64,000 bases of DNA from Raillietiella orientalis (taxonomy: Eukaryota). The stretch is taken from NCBI GenBank assembly GCA_036172245.1, contig JAYWIR010000030.1, positions 1,612,001 to 1,676,000 on the forward strand, read 5' to 3'. Positions 10,962 through 24,849 of the stretch are shown piece by piece. A program made the position numbers and the translations under genes. Positions within the stretch are counted from its first letter, which is position 1. Each line of letters starts with the position of its first letter. The notes beneath the pieces are model-generated. The model did no database searches. It was not told the origin of the DNA and saw only the letters and a list, made by a program, of their open reading frames with translations.

Positions 10962-13900
10962 TCAAGGCAATGAGCTCACAGACTTGTTCCTCCTTCTAAT
11001 AGGATATAGGGTTTTCAATAAGTGAATGAGAGCTCTGGATTAAGTTCCTTATAATCACAGGAATCTTCCTCTTGACCCTGGGATTCGTTGCGAGCCACAA
11101 GCATAAGGTGAAAAAGTGTTGAATAATTCATCCCGAAGGCTGGAACTGCTAACTTTGTGAAATTGCATATCGGTGAAGAAGCGGAAACTGCAAAAGAAAC
11201 ATTCCAGCTAGAATGCCGTTCTATCAACGTGTGTGCTGAATCGCTCGGGCGCAAAAATGAGCAAACAGTGAAAGAAAAATTAAATAAAAGGTCAAACAGA
11301 ATATTCCAGGCGTTTTGGAATATTTATTAAGGAGAGCTTCAAAAGGAACGTAGCGAATCCCCCGTCTCTCTCCCGGCATAATTTTGACTAGCACTTACCA
11401 TTAAAGAGATAAGAAAAAATGCATCCTCCATGCAAATGCAATGGCTGAACTACGCCCACAAAGCAGTTTCCACTTTAGGGATTCCATAACGTGTGTTTCT
11501 TCACAATCGCCGAATGATCATGGTCGCATGGTCTCAGAACGAACGCGAAACGGCAGGGCTTTTGAATTTGGGAAAACGTGACGTCCAGAAGGAAAGCTGT
11601 AAGGAAAAAAAACTTGGCAAAGCTCCTTTCTTACTCGATGAGGTTCATTTTCAATACTCACATTGATGGCCTATAAGATCTCTGAGAGCGCAGCATTCTA
11701 TTGCATCCTAAGAAATGAATAAAAGGTGCTGTATTATACATTCCGGAAGAAGTTACCAGAGATCCGTTTTGTGCATGGCGACCTGAATTCCTTTTCCTAC
11801 TTGAAAATGGAAGCCAATGTGTCAGCATAATTCTGATCTGTGTTCTCTCATCTGTGACCTCCAATGATTATCAAATCTCGAAATATTCCTGCTCTGAGCT
11901 CTACCTTCCTTAGTGCTGATTTGCGGATGCTGTGGTATGTTCACGTTTCCTCACTGATTCATTTCCAAGCATTCGTTTCTATAACTCAGTTATGCGCTAG
12001 CAAGCGGGACTGTGCGAAAAGCAGCCGTGATGTATTTGGTACGGCAGAGTGAATCCTCTTTAACCATGCAATCCTACCAGCGTCTGAAAAAGTCCTAGAC
12101 CTCAAGGGAGTCCTTGAAGACATGCACTGACCCTAAAAAGGCATACTGATTTGAGCAGCACGCGATTTCCGCACTCAAGTGTTTTATGAAGATACTGAAT
12201 TTTCTTCCCGCCTTACGACTGAGAAGTCCTTGGAACGCGCTGTGAAGGATGACCGCTCATTCTCATCTCGTTCTCATCTTGAGGAACGGAGCACTCAGGA
12301 AGGCCGCATGATTCCTACCCTCTCACCATATGGCACCTTCGACTTGGCTGGCAAATGCAGCATTTCTGCAAGAAACTTTTCGATACAAAGGACGGCCCTT
12401 CTGTGGATTTAGGAGATATTTGTTCTTCGAACATGTCTGAGTGTCCATAAGACCAATTTCTCTCGACTCTGTCTCCTGAATTTTTCAAAATCCAAACCGC
12501 GACGAATGAGGTGTGTGGTGAAGCAAATGCGGGTGGAGCAATGGAGTGAACCCCCTCGCATTTTCGAGGCAGTTTTGGTGTGGCCATCTAAAAACCGTGG
12601 AGGAATACTCCGAACTGAAGCAAAGAGATGCTGAAAATTCAGTTTTGATTGCCACGCCGAAACGTCAAGAACTTTCCAACGTTCCTTTCATCCTTCCTGA
12701 TATGAAGTTCCAACTCCTCTTTACGATGAAAGATCTATAGCATCAGGTGCATTTCTTGCGAGCTAATCATGTTGGAGATCGAATCCGGAAGCCAATCTGA
12801 AGCTCACGAGCAATTCGCGTTTTTTGTGTGATCTGTCAAAATTGTCTACACTATCGGAAGTGCCCTGAGTGTCGTTCTCATCGATTGCAGCTGAGAACTG
12901 AGCGCTCCAAATGTTTCCCAAGACGGGCGCGCACACATCAGCTTGGTGGCCGTTGGGAAGGGATTTCAACGCAGCAGGGTTGGCTTATTTCACACAGAGT
13001 GTACACGTCATGTTTAATAAATAAGTGATGATTTTCAAATAGAAAAACGTGTCGACTTGTCTACAATTTGTATTTCCTGTCCTATAAGCTTCCAGCTTCT
13101 CCTTCGGGTGCCAGACCTTTCGTCTGTTAAAGAGGTATAAGTGCACCCATGTCGAAATTTCCCTCATTTCTACAGCCGTCTCCCACTTCCTTTCGATGTT
13201 CTTTCTTATCTGTATGGTCTCGACGACCATTGGGTTGTATTTCGAATGACTCCTTCCTTTCAAATAATTCTACTGGGATTTCTTCCTCGAGTTTCCCCTG
13301 AGCATCCATGACGCGCCTCACTGGATTCCAGCCTCTGCTCAGTCTCGGGTAGATGAAAGGCTGCTGCACTTCTGTTGTTACTTTGTCTTAAGTCACGCAA
13401 AATTCATCTTTAAGTCCTCTTGAAACTGATGCATCAGTTTTGCCCCGTGCTGAAGTCTACCGTGGTAGGATAGGAAGAACTCGTCCAGAACATCCAGTGG
13501 TAGGTTTCATCTTAACATTACAGAGCTGGTCGCCAACAGTTCCGTATACAATACTGCTAGTTTCAATCTCATTTTGTTCGAGTGCCTCGTTTGTCGCTTT
13601 TTCCTATCTCATCTTCCCAATTTGTGCTTGCTGCTTCTTTCGATCCGTTGATTCCGTCGGTCCTGATGCAACCATCTTTTTTCTTCCTCATATCTTCTCA
13701 GTTTCCCCTTGTCACAGATCCAATTAGCGCATCGTCGTAGTTCTTTGAGATCGCTAAATCTCCTTTTCTGGTCACTCCGCAGGACTGATCTCTCGTGAAA
13801 TCTGTTTTAGATACATAGGTACATGAACCAGTTCCTCTTTCAACAGCTTCTCGCTCCTTAGGATGGTTTCCAGTCTCTAGCTCCTCCCTCCTCCTTCTCC

Positions 13901-16900
13901 ATGTCAGATTTTCTCTCAAGCATCCGGGAAGGATCGCGAATTTCGAATTCTTCTCGGTTTGCCATTGGTGCTGAGAGAGATCTCTTCGCCCCTGATGAGC
14001 AGGTCCTATCTTGAATGTGCGCTGCACGATGCCATTCTCTGCACTCTTCGATCCAACCATGAGAAATCTTTGGTATGTCTGGATTGTATGACTTCCTACA
14101 GCATCTTCCTTCGCAGGGCGCTTTGTCTTCTCAACACACGTGTCTCATTTTCTTCCCTCTCCACGGCAGTTCTGCTTATACCCCTTTGGATGTTTTGCTC
14201 GCTTTCCCAGGCTTTCGAAGCGAGGGTGAGGAAATTCTCCAAGAGGAAGAGGATAAGTGACCTCTTGCTGAGTTCCTGGGCAGCAAGCACCGGAATGTCC
14301 TATCGCCTCGGAGAGTCGCTCAGTATTTATCTGCTCCTCTTGAAATAGCATCCCTGTGTGGACTTCAGTGATACAGCTGTGTGAGAAAACCTTTCCGGCT
14401 TTGAGCTCGAGATCTTCTGTCTTGAACGCGGACTGCTTCCTCAGAGTGAGGTTGCTTTGTGGAAGGACTGGCCTTCTCCAGTAAGATTTCCTGGTTTTCT
14501 ACTTCAAATGCATTTTTTCTTCTTTTCGAGCAGGAGAAAAATAGGGCATTAACAAAAGTAGGGAGATTGCTTGCAGCTTCATCGGCAGTTGAACGGTACA
14601 ATCGACTCGCACGATTTTCGAGACACAGACTGTGTCTCTGGAACGGTAATCAGTAAGACAGTCGCTAATTTGGATAGATTTTACATAGGCTGAATGCTGA
14701 CACTGCCATCAAAAGAAACCATTTCGGCTGAAAATTCTGTAGCTCATTAGAAGGATGCCGTTTACTTTGTATTCAGCGTCCAAGAAGCAATCTTCCGAAA
14801 CAAAATTTACAAGCTATCCATTTGAGTTTCTTTTCTCACGAAGAGCCACTGTTTGTTCTCGCTATCATTAGGTTCGACGAGAACTGAACCTTAACCTTTG
14901 GTTCCTGATTATTTTTCTCTAGCAGGACATTGATTTGAAATCGTTCGCGTTTGCTTTGAAAGCTCAGCTGCGATGGAGTCATGCGGAGACACCTACGAGG
15001 AAAGTGGAGTTTCCCGTGGAAGACACTCCGGAAAGGAAGCAGCCTGGGAAGAGCAGCTCATCTCGCGTGACTCTGCCCTTCTCCACATTTTTGTTTGGGT
15101 GCTGGTTCCTTGTCCCGAAATGCGCTCGTTCCTCTCATGGACTCTTTCCTCCACGACGCCAACGGAGTCTGGAAAGCGAAAGATAGTTCGCTGGGCTTCG
15201 GTTTCTGCCTAGCCGTTTCCAGTCGGTTAGAATTCTGGAAGACAAAGTCTCCGGAAAGAATCCAGACCTCCAACAAGCGCCGTGCTCCATGAGGCGTTGC
15301 ACGCTGATTCGGTTAAGGTTTTCACAGGAAATTCCTTCAGACCTTATGTAAACAACTCACGCAGATTGCGAAACGGCAACAGCGGCTATCGGAGAGCGCT
15401 GGGAAGCTTTCAGCGCTCGAATCTCGTCCCGTCTCGCCGAACACGCCAGAGTGATTAGTAAATCTTGCAGCTATTTCCTACGCTGAGAAGATGATGACCA
15501 AACCAGAAAAACTGAATGGAGAGTGGAGAAAATGCCGGATCCGTTTTTTGTGTGGCCCCTGTCATCCCGTTGAGACAGTAGCCGAACAAGATGACAGGCA
15601 GAGGTGGCAGGCTTTTGAGTGGAAACCTCCGCGAGGCAGTTCACAGACAGTCCCTTGCCATTTCTTTGTCTTCAAAGTACAGTACGCATGATTCTCCTTC
15701 AGGGCTTCCGACAAATGAGCCTCGTTCTATGAGTCTTCATCCACACCATGGAAGCGCTGCTCACTTCATCGGCAATGTCGTCAGAGGGTGGATTCGTTTC
15801 TAAAAAGCCAATGTAGGTTTTCGGCTCTGGAAAACACGAGCGCTAGTGACTGCAGCAAGTTTTGCGACGGCACCAGTTTTGCGCCTTCTTGTTCCTCGGA
15901 ACTCCTCGAAAAGTTCCGCTCTCTGGGAAAGAAACGATCGGGTGCACGCGATTGTTCAGATCTTGTGCGAGATGAAATTCTTTTCCTGTGAGCGCAGATG
16001 ATTTAGGCCTGGTTCCCAATTTCCCTCGCATTATGGTAACGATCTAAATAAAATTCATCCTTGATAGGGCATAATGAACCCGACAGTCTAATTGAATGCG
16101 AATAGCACGTATATCACTAGGGACTAATTATTGCTTTTGGACTAACTGTCGGATTATCCTTAATGATGCTGCAGGAAGGTTTATGAAACAGCATGTGATG
16201 CAAGCGAGAAGTCCGAAATCGAAGGAAATGCATGCGTTCGCCTGCTCTGATTTTTAACGAGCTCGGGGAGAAAGAAAGAAGGAGGGAGGGGAACGAATGT
16301 CATCCCACATTCTGTAATTAAAGAAAAGGAATATTTGAGAGGGAAACATGAAAGCTACTTCCCAGTTTCCTCCTCGGCTTCCGAAGCCCCAACTCGCTGG
16401 TTGGGTGGATTCTGAAAGAAAACGCAAAGAAGAAAGGGACAAAGAGGATCCAAGTTTCCAGCAAATGGCACGCAGGCTAAGCAAGCTACTTCTGGTCCAG
16501 ATGGCTGAGACCAGCGGCAATACGAATGACATGCAAATGAGCAGCTTCACGAACGCGCCAAGGAACCTTCCTCGGAAGCGCATTGTGAGTTGATGTTGGC
16601 AGCTTTTTGTGTCTTCGGACCTTTCGACAAAGCAAAATTTGGCTTTTCCTCAGGCAGCTTTCATCGCTCCTGTCACATCGGTTGTTCTTCGAGATTTGAT
16701 GCAAGAGAGGGAAGCCGGTATGCGACTGGGATGAATCTCTTCGGATCCGCTAGAAGTGATTGTTTTGGTTTCTGCTGGTTCTCCCAGAGCTGGAGCTTCA
16801 GGATCTGCGCGAACGATTCAGGGCACACTTGCAGTTCTCTTGACTCAGCGGTGCTGGCAAGAGCTGAGTACAGTCCCGTCCCCGTGGACAAGCACTTCCA

Positions 16901-19799
16901 CGACTTTGTTTACCGAGCACCCCGGTGCGCCCCGGGTTATAGCGGCTGCCAGGAAGACCGCGAAAATCCCTTGTTAGGAGATGCTTGTGACTCGCGAAGC
17001 ATTCCTCTGTCCAGATGAATTCCTTCTGAAGGGAAACCATCTTTTCAAGTTGCTCTCTGCGGAGAAGTTCCGTTGCGCCAGCTCGAGAGGAAGCTGAACC
17101 TCATGTGACTTGGATCTTTCACTCTGACCGCGACTTTCCACTGGACGCTTCCTGGAAGTCACTGGAAATGTTTTCCTGCTGGCCATTCGACCTCCCTTGA
17201 AAGGTGCAGTTAGCTCAGAATGGTATCTGCTTTCGTACTGGAATTGAACCCTGCAGCTCCCGAGGGCATCTCGATTTGTGAAATTCTCACCCAATCCTTC
17301 CCACCTTACTCAGGCGGTCAACTCTCTCAGTCCCTTCCTCCAATCCCTCCGCTGCCTTCTTCATAGAGCTCGACGAATCATAGTTCAATCACGAAGATTC
17401 CGTTCGTGAACAAGTCGGCGTTCCTGGAGCAGACTTCCTTTGCTCTCTCTTTCGGGACGGAGCTCTCCTCTGTCCTACCAGAGTGCAAAATTACCTCAGG
17501 GGATGGCCGTCTCACGAAGCCATCCACAGGAGACGTAGTTCGCCTGCAGCCACACCAACAGAAACCACGAATCGCACCTCAAAGTGACTCCCAGAGTGTT
17601 CCGACACGCCGCTTTGTGGTCGTTCCGAACGATGCCCTTCGTTCGTGAGATGCGGTCCTCTCGTTATGCAGACCGATTCTCAGCATTGTGCAAAAACACG
17701 TATCTGTCAAAAAGAAATGGCGTGGCAATAACCGCGTGGAGGAAAACAAGCAGATAAGGGATTTCTAGGACTGCTTGCTGCGTATTGTCCTCTTCCTTCG
17801 TTTACTGATTGGATGCTTGAAAAGATGAAGCGCGAAAAGTACGAAGCCCTTCAGTTTCCCAATTTTCGAAGCCGCGTCTATGTTTGCATATCTCTGCGGA
17901 TGCCTGCCGCCATCCCATCTTTGTGAATTTTCTGGCGTGCACTGAGCCTGGTCGAAAAAAAAAAAGGAAAAAAGAAAATCTCCCTTGATGAAGAGAAAAA
18001 GATGGTTGAGATAAAGCAAATGCTTCTGACGGGTTGGCTGATGGAACATTTCTAAGGAAGAGTGGACAGGAAAATTGATACTTAACTGCACTTAATGAGC
18101 GAAAAATTGGCAAAAAGAGATGGCTTCCGTACTCACGTGAGCACCAGGAGCTCATCAAGGAAACAGGGATTATTCCTGAGTAGAATCCCTCTTGTGAGAT
18201 TTTCTATGAAATACGAAGAGAGAGGAGCTCTATACTTCGATGGAATTCAGGTGGAAGCTTAATCGAACTTTTCTCCATGGGAAATCAGGAGCTCCTAGCA
18301 ATTCTTTCAAGCACCTCGGCAGCAAAATGAGCAAGCGGTGAACTCTCGTACAGCATGCTCAGTGGAACCAATTGACGAAGACACCCACCGATAGGGGAGT
18401 AAGCATCGAAGATGGAGCATTTGTCTGCAGCATTTTCAAACGTCGGATTCTTCTTCCTCTCCGAGGAAGCTGATCGCCCGTAGTTCTGGGATGAGGAAAC
18501 GGCACTCACGAAGATGGGTTTCCCGGCAACGCGAAGGGGATCTGCAAGAGCCAGCTGGACTGCACCTCGTCCTCTTCACCGCTGCAAAAGTAACCAGGAT
18601 GTTCCCCGGGCGGGAATCCTAGTTCCAATCGGAACGGTTGGCTCCCATCGGAAGAAGACCATCTTCTCCGTCTCGGAAGACGCTGAAGTCATGGAGCGTT
18701 TCCTCGGCTGGTGCAGCTAATGGAAAGCACCGAATGAGCGCATTGCAGACGCGGGTTCGGCGGATTATCTGGCGCAAGGTCCCAGATATATTCATGAGCA
18801 GCTCCCGTGACGTCAAGACCTTTCCTCCAATGCAAATGTGGCCCCATCCTTCGTGTTCGTGACAGTGTAAATTATGATCGAGACTGAAATAATAAGCTCC
18901 CTGGTAAACAATAATGTACTTCAATAACCACTAACCTGTTTTTGATGGTGATAAGGAAATGCAGAGTTTAATGCGATTGCATCAACTGCACGAGTTCGGA
19001 TTAATGCGGAAATTACTTTTGGTATTACGAAGCTCTCGGGGCGGAAGAATCTTTCGACCAAGCGTTCGACAGTAGAAGAAACATCGTGCCAAAGGCAAAA
19101 AAAAAAAAAAATAGCCGCTTGCTTGAAACAAGTATTGAGAAGAGGCAGAAAACACAAAACCACGGAGGACGAATCAGTCAGATTGCTCTTTGGGCTCCCA
19201 GACCTGGCTCCATTGCAGGTCTGGCGGCACCCTGTATCATTTGTCAATACCTGAGTGTGCGTGATCTCAGTATCCGATTTTTCGAAACTCCTACTGCTGA
19301 ACACGCGTTTTTGTGTGTATGTGTGTGTGTTTTTTTTCCACCTGGAAAAAAACTTATCTTTGGAGATGAATTGTCGAGGATAGCCCAGAGACTTCTGGGG
19401 TTTCATAGACCTCAGAGATCAGCTCTCCTTCCCGCCTCACGATACTTGAATAAACCTCTGGTTTTGATCTGTTTATTTCACCGACACGACCATCCGAACG
19501 GAGTCTATGGGTCGTCTGGCTTTCCACGTGGTCACAGATTCACTAGAAACTCTCGCAGTGGTTTTTTTTCTTTTATCTTGTGTCAAAGGTGGCGTGCAGA
19601 GTTCCACTTTCTCTGATTTATCCTCAACTATTCAGCGTGAGCACGAAGTTTGTGAGCGATATCTTCCTCCATCTACATCACGAAATGCGAGAGAGGAAGA
19701 CGATGGAAATTTCCGCAAAGGACCTCAATTTGACGGTCGTGGTCCATGCTGATTCCTAACGTATCTTGACGCACTTTCCTTGTGAACTTGCGCTTCCTG

Positions 19800-20225
19800 T
19801 CTGGATAGGAAGATGATAGAAGCACTGTCTCTTTGGAAGAAAAGGCACACCTACGAACTCGGAATCCAGATACGAGAGCATCACGTAGCGTACCCTTCTG
19901 GGTGAGAGGCGGACATCCAGAAGACAGAGGACTTCCATGCGAAGCAGTTTCCTGGACCTTTTTAACGGAAAAGAATCCCAAAGTTCCTTGTAGCTGCTGT
20001 GGTTTCAGGAATTCAAAGCAATCGAATTTTTTGAAAGGAAGCATTCTGAAGAGGCAAATTCTGGAACTTCAGGATATGAGAGACACCTCAAGAGCGGACT
20101 TGCCTTTCTCGGCTCGGTTCGCGCTGCCGTCGTCAACCCATAGGGATTTTGGGGTTCCGAGAACGACGACATTCTGGAAGAACTAGAAATTCCAAAAAGG
20201 CGCGCGGACCAACTCGGCAAGATGG
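19800..20225 (-). mobile_element. SINE1, very degenerate copy
   Basis: The minus strand has, in SINE1 order: ttgccgagttggtccgcgcgcc (head-like), ccagaatgtcgtcgt, gagccgagaaaggcaagtccgctcttga, tccaggaa, gtccgcctctc. Confidence 0.4.
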
Positions 20226-22699
20226 CAATGTCCTTCAGTGTACAAAACATCCTCTGGACCCACCACTAGCTAAGAAACTCTCCCAGTAAACATGGGCAGA
20301 TATCTTTCTAGCCGGAAACGTCAAAGAAGGAGATTCTGCTTGAACCTTGGGCGATGCTGGAAACCAGCCGAGCAGGAATGGCATGGCAGCAAGTCCTAGA
20401 ACTGAACGCCCACCCGCAGGGGCGAGTCACAGAGGTGAACTTCTCCAACGAGACTCTCACCAAACTTCCAAATAGGAATGGCAGGATTCGAGATCGATCC
20501 AGTTTTAATCCGCCCTGCAGGTTGCGTGTTGAGTGGTGCCTTGGGACAAGAAAATTCTTGCGTTCTTCCTAGAACTGGAAGATCAAAAACGAGACCATGA
20601 GGCGGAAGTGTTCGCAAGAGCACGATCCACCGGATCCTTTGAGTCTTACTTTTTCCAATACTCCTTCACGTTTCCTCGAGACTTTCAAAATCTTCTCTGA
20701 AACGGTCTCCTTCTCCCAGCCCGAGTCCTGTTTCTACAGGCTGACCACTTGGTCCTTCCTTCATTTCGCCTACATCTCTTAGGCAGGCACACAACCATGA
20801 ATGTGTGGACACGCGCGCTCACACGTTCCGTCTTTCCTTATGCACGTGCTTAACGAATGCATCGAAGTTGGACAGATGGGGGAAACGCGCGGGGCGAGTC
20901 GTTCACAGGGAGAAATGGGAAAGAATCAGGGGAAGAAACCCCCAGGAAAAGCAAAGGGAACCAAACGCACGGTTCTTGGTTACTCTGCGTGCATCCTCAT
21001 CCGAATCAGAAGTGAAACTCATGACCCATTTTCTTTCATGGCGCCTTACTTTTGTGACGACCACATACTCCCTCTACATGGCCGTCCAGCGAGGCCAGTT
21101 AAGCAAGATCCAGTGTCATCGCAACAGGATTTAGTTTCCCTGGAAACTGAAAGGCTGGATCATCATCATATGAGATGGGTCACATAGAGTATTATAATGC
21201 CGAAAGAAGAATTGCTACCAGCTTGTACCGGCATTCCTGATTTAGGAAGAGAACTCTTGCCATCATTAATCGCTATTAATTACGAATCCTTAAATAGCCG
21301 ATTCTGGCCATGATGAACTTTTCGAGTTCTATTCATGGCTGTAGAGAGTCAGAATCTGTAAAGTCTGTGAAGACTATGAAGTCCAAACGAAACTGGCAAT
21401 TGGGAAGCTCTTTGCAGCAGCAAAATTTCCGTGTTCTGAGAATCCAAGGGATGAGAAAGGTAGATAGGACTTCGGCGCCATCCAGCATGCCTGTTTTTAG
21501 CTAGAAAGTGCCTATAGGATAGCAACTCGGTCCAGTAAACGAGACAATCAGTGGAATCATGTCTCTGGAACTTTGAAGTGGCCGTCAGAGGATGTGAAAG
21601 AGGAACGGGACCCAAGACTTCCCCAGGACTCAAAAACATCTTGATTCTGGAAGTTTCCTGTCATCCTGTCTTTGCTTCCCAATTAGAGCACATATGTGTG
21701 TCACGGCAGCACAAGAATCTCTTCATGCAATCGGTTCCGCAGGAAACTTTGAATCGTCTTCCCGGTTTTCGTAAGCAAAGTCTTTTAAACCAGCGGACAA
21801 AATGCCCCTTGCCGAAGATGCGCACATACAGGGCAATGAGACGCGTCTAGAAGAGGACTGTGGATCTCTCATACGTTTGCCGATTCCGTACACTTCTCTG
21901 CGGCGCGGTCGCAAGCCGTTTTGGAGCACAGGAAGACCTTGGGCTTCGCATATGCTACACAAAACACTGTTCCCTTCTTGGATTTCCGACTGCTCGGATC
22001 GGGGAAAAGGCTGTTGTCCTTGCGCAAGATGCACGGAGGACCTAAGGATGAATCGACAGCCGAAGAGTGGGCACGCGATTCCGTATGCACGGGAACGGGC
22101 TGCGAGAGTTCTAGTCCCATGCTTTCCGAGGTGCACGGCCCTCCAGCCAACCAGCTGCTCCGCTGTTTTGCTTTGCGTCTGCAGCTCTGGAGATGGGCGC
22201 CGAATCAAAACGTACCTTCTGTCGTTCTTGTCGCGGGGCGCGGTTTCTCATCTCCTCCATCCATCCACACCGGCTCTGCCCCACGAGCTTCCAGATAAAG
22301 CGAGGAGGCGAATCCTCTCTACAGGGAAGCAGGAGTCAGAAGACTGCCTTCCGAGCGCCGGAGAACGGTACAGCCATCCCTTTAAGTGGAGCCTTGATTT
22401 ATGGGAGTTTGTTGCTTTGCATGCTCGAAATCGTAAATTTGGGGTAAAGAAGCTGTCCGAGTAAGATGGACTCATGTCCGTAATCATTCGTTATCCGTCG
22501 GACCTCCTCTCGCATTCGAGGATCCCGTCTTCCTGGTTGAACTTCCGGGTAATAAATTTACCAGACGAGTTGGTACGATCAATGTTAAAGCGGCGGTAAG
22601 AGGAATTCTTGTCCATTTTTCTTTTTGTGATGTCCTGACTTTTTGATTTCCATTAGTAGAAAAAATGTATTTTAAGCATCCCTTCTGCCTCCCCCTGGA

Positions 22700-23100
22700 A
22701 ATTGGAACTCGAGAACTGCGCTTTGTTGTTTCCAGTCGGGTAACCTTCCTGGCAACCACTGTGCTTTGATGCATCGGTAACTGTTGATGAGGGCATGCGA
22801 ACCAATAAGATTTCCGCATAGCTCCTTTTTTTCGAGCGTCCAACCCACCCCACCTTTCTGGTGAGGACTGAGGTCTTCAATGGGAGGTTTGCTTCATTGC
22901 GACTATTACATGTCATACCATCCTGACTCACATATACGCACCATATGACTACCTCTTACGTGTGCTACCAACTCTTACGTGCTGCAAGAGTGCCGGATGC
23001 TGGAGCATGGCATCTCTTTTGTGAGGTAGTCTGCATGGCGACAAGATGCCTTTCGCTCTCACAGCACCTCCCCATTCCTCGAGTGCCAAACTCTCAAGCT
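22700..23100 (-). mobile_element. Possible very old Tx1/L1-like ORF2 C-terminal remnant
   Basis: Frameshifted C-V-x-C-E-S...H-V-I-V resembles CVECGGRETFPHLII. Downstream STVVARK resembles GIVARW. Weak. Confidence 0.2.
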
Positions 23101-24189
23101 TCCTTTCTTCCGCCTCCGCAATCACTTCTGCTTAGTTCATGCAGCCGCAGAATGACCAGGAGCAAATAATAGAGATTTGGGCGAACCCTTTGCAGTGCTC
23201 CCTATCCGGTCGTCCAATAGGCTCAGGTCTTTATCCTGACTGGTGGGGAGGGCATCGAAGATGCACCCTCCCCTCCCGGCTATTGGATGCTGGCTCATGT
23301 CACTCTCTCCCTCACGTTTTTTGCCTGTGAACGAGGGATCCTAGTTTTCCTGATCCCCAGCTCTTAGGAATTCCATCACCACTGAGGTCCAAGCCCTTCT
23401 TTCAGTGAAGAGGAGACAGCTGACGGCGTTCTTATCCGTCCGATGCTCCCGGGAACTTCCCAAATGGGCAGGCAGCGCTGGTGTCGTTACTGGGATTGCA
23501 TTCTGGAGTACGAGGTCTTGAGTTGAATCCCGGTACTGGCTGGTTCGATTGTCCGAGATCGCCAGCTCCCGTTTTCTCTACTTTCTTTGCCTACTCGATC
23601 CGACTGGCCGCGTGCTGCGCGCGTGGCTAACCGGATCGAGGCGAAGGAACTGTAGACCTCTTGAAGTTGGAGCTCCTCGCACAGAGACTCCTGAAGATGT
23701 GCGTCAGTGGCTCTTCCTGCATCCGTCACCGCACATCTCATCCTCGGAGCTTTATGGCTTGATGAAGCAAGAGAGACAATTCCTCATCCGATTCGGCCAG
23801 CATGCATTCTCTTGGAAGAACCACGAAATAGGATTTGCCGGACTGATACGGGGTGTCCATCAAGCTCCAGAAAGCGGTCAGCCTCCCAAAGTTCAATGTC
23901 TTCCGATTCGTGGCTGTTCTCGTCTCGGTTCTCCACCCCACCTCGATTTAACTGCGGCAAGAAGGCTGCCCCCATTTTCCCCTGGTCAGTAGCACCCGAC
24001 GCGAACGCCCTCCAGTCACGGAAGGTCTTTTCCAGGGAAAGCAGGAAATCTTGAGGATGCTCGCGCACCGATGATAGAAATCGCTCTGGGATCTTTTCTG
24101 TTTCGCCGGTTCAGAATCTTTTCTGTTTTTGTTTCTTGTGACGCGCCAAGTGCTGAAGAGCCGTTCTTCTGGCCGTTGACAAAACTCCT

Positions 24190-24813
24190 CGACTCTGCCC
24201 ACGATGCCCAAAGGTGCGTGTGGTGACTCTTCAAGTCAGGGGGTACCCCATAAATCCAGGAAGAGTTCTTCTTACGCTTGGGATGGAACTCTGAAGGAAA
24301 TTTCTTCCTTTTTCTCTCCGGAGGGACCCTCGAAGGCGGGTAAAGGAAAGAGGGAGATTCTCGTTGCTTCTATGAAAGGAACCCGAAAAGGATCCGCTCC
24401 TGAATTTCTTCTCGGGAGGTCACCCGCATCGGAACCGTCCCATGTTTTCTCCTCTGAAGAGAACCCCGAAGGGAGCAGCGCATTTCTTGGCTTCTTGACA
24501 CTCTGGAAAGGTATCGACCCACCAGCTCCATGGTACGCGATGGAAAGGCCCCATTTGCACAACCGGAGGGAAACCCCGAAGGACTCCTTGATTCCTGGAA
24601 GAGTCCTGGGAGGCAAACTTCTAATACCTGTCGGTCAGTGGGAACATGCACCGGTGCCTCACCCGAATAGTTCAACCAACGTTATTTTGCAGGGGGGACT
24701 CGAAACTCACAGAGCACCCATTTCTTCAGCGTCAATCCTTGCCCGGGAGGGATTCGAACCCTCAGCGCTCGGTACAAGGAGCACGGATATCGCAGCCAGA
24801 CGGCTGCCAACGA
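24190..24813 (-). mobile_element. SINE1 copy C
   Basis: Minus-strand head cgttggcagccgtctggct, B-box gggttcgaatccc (24749-24761), core at 24589-24601, tail tgacttgaagag...acgcacctttgggcatcgtgg. Confidence 0.88.
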
Positions 24814-24849
24814 AGACCACGGATCTGCGAGCCATTCAGTAGCCACCGT

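Noticed and set aside
13000..14650. Possible coiled-coil protein gene on the minus strand
   Set aside because: The best frame has several stops, with no recognisable domain or consistent exon chain.
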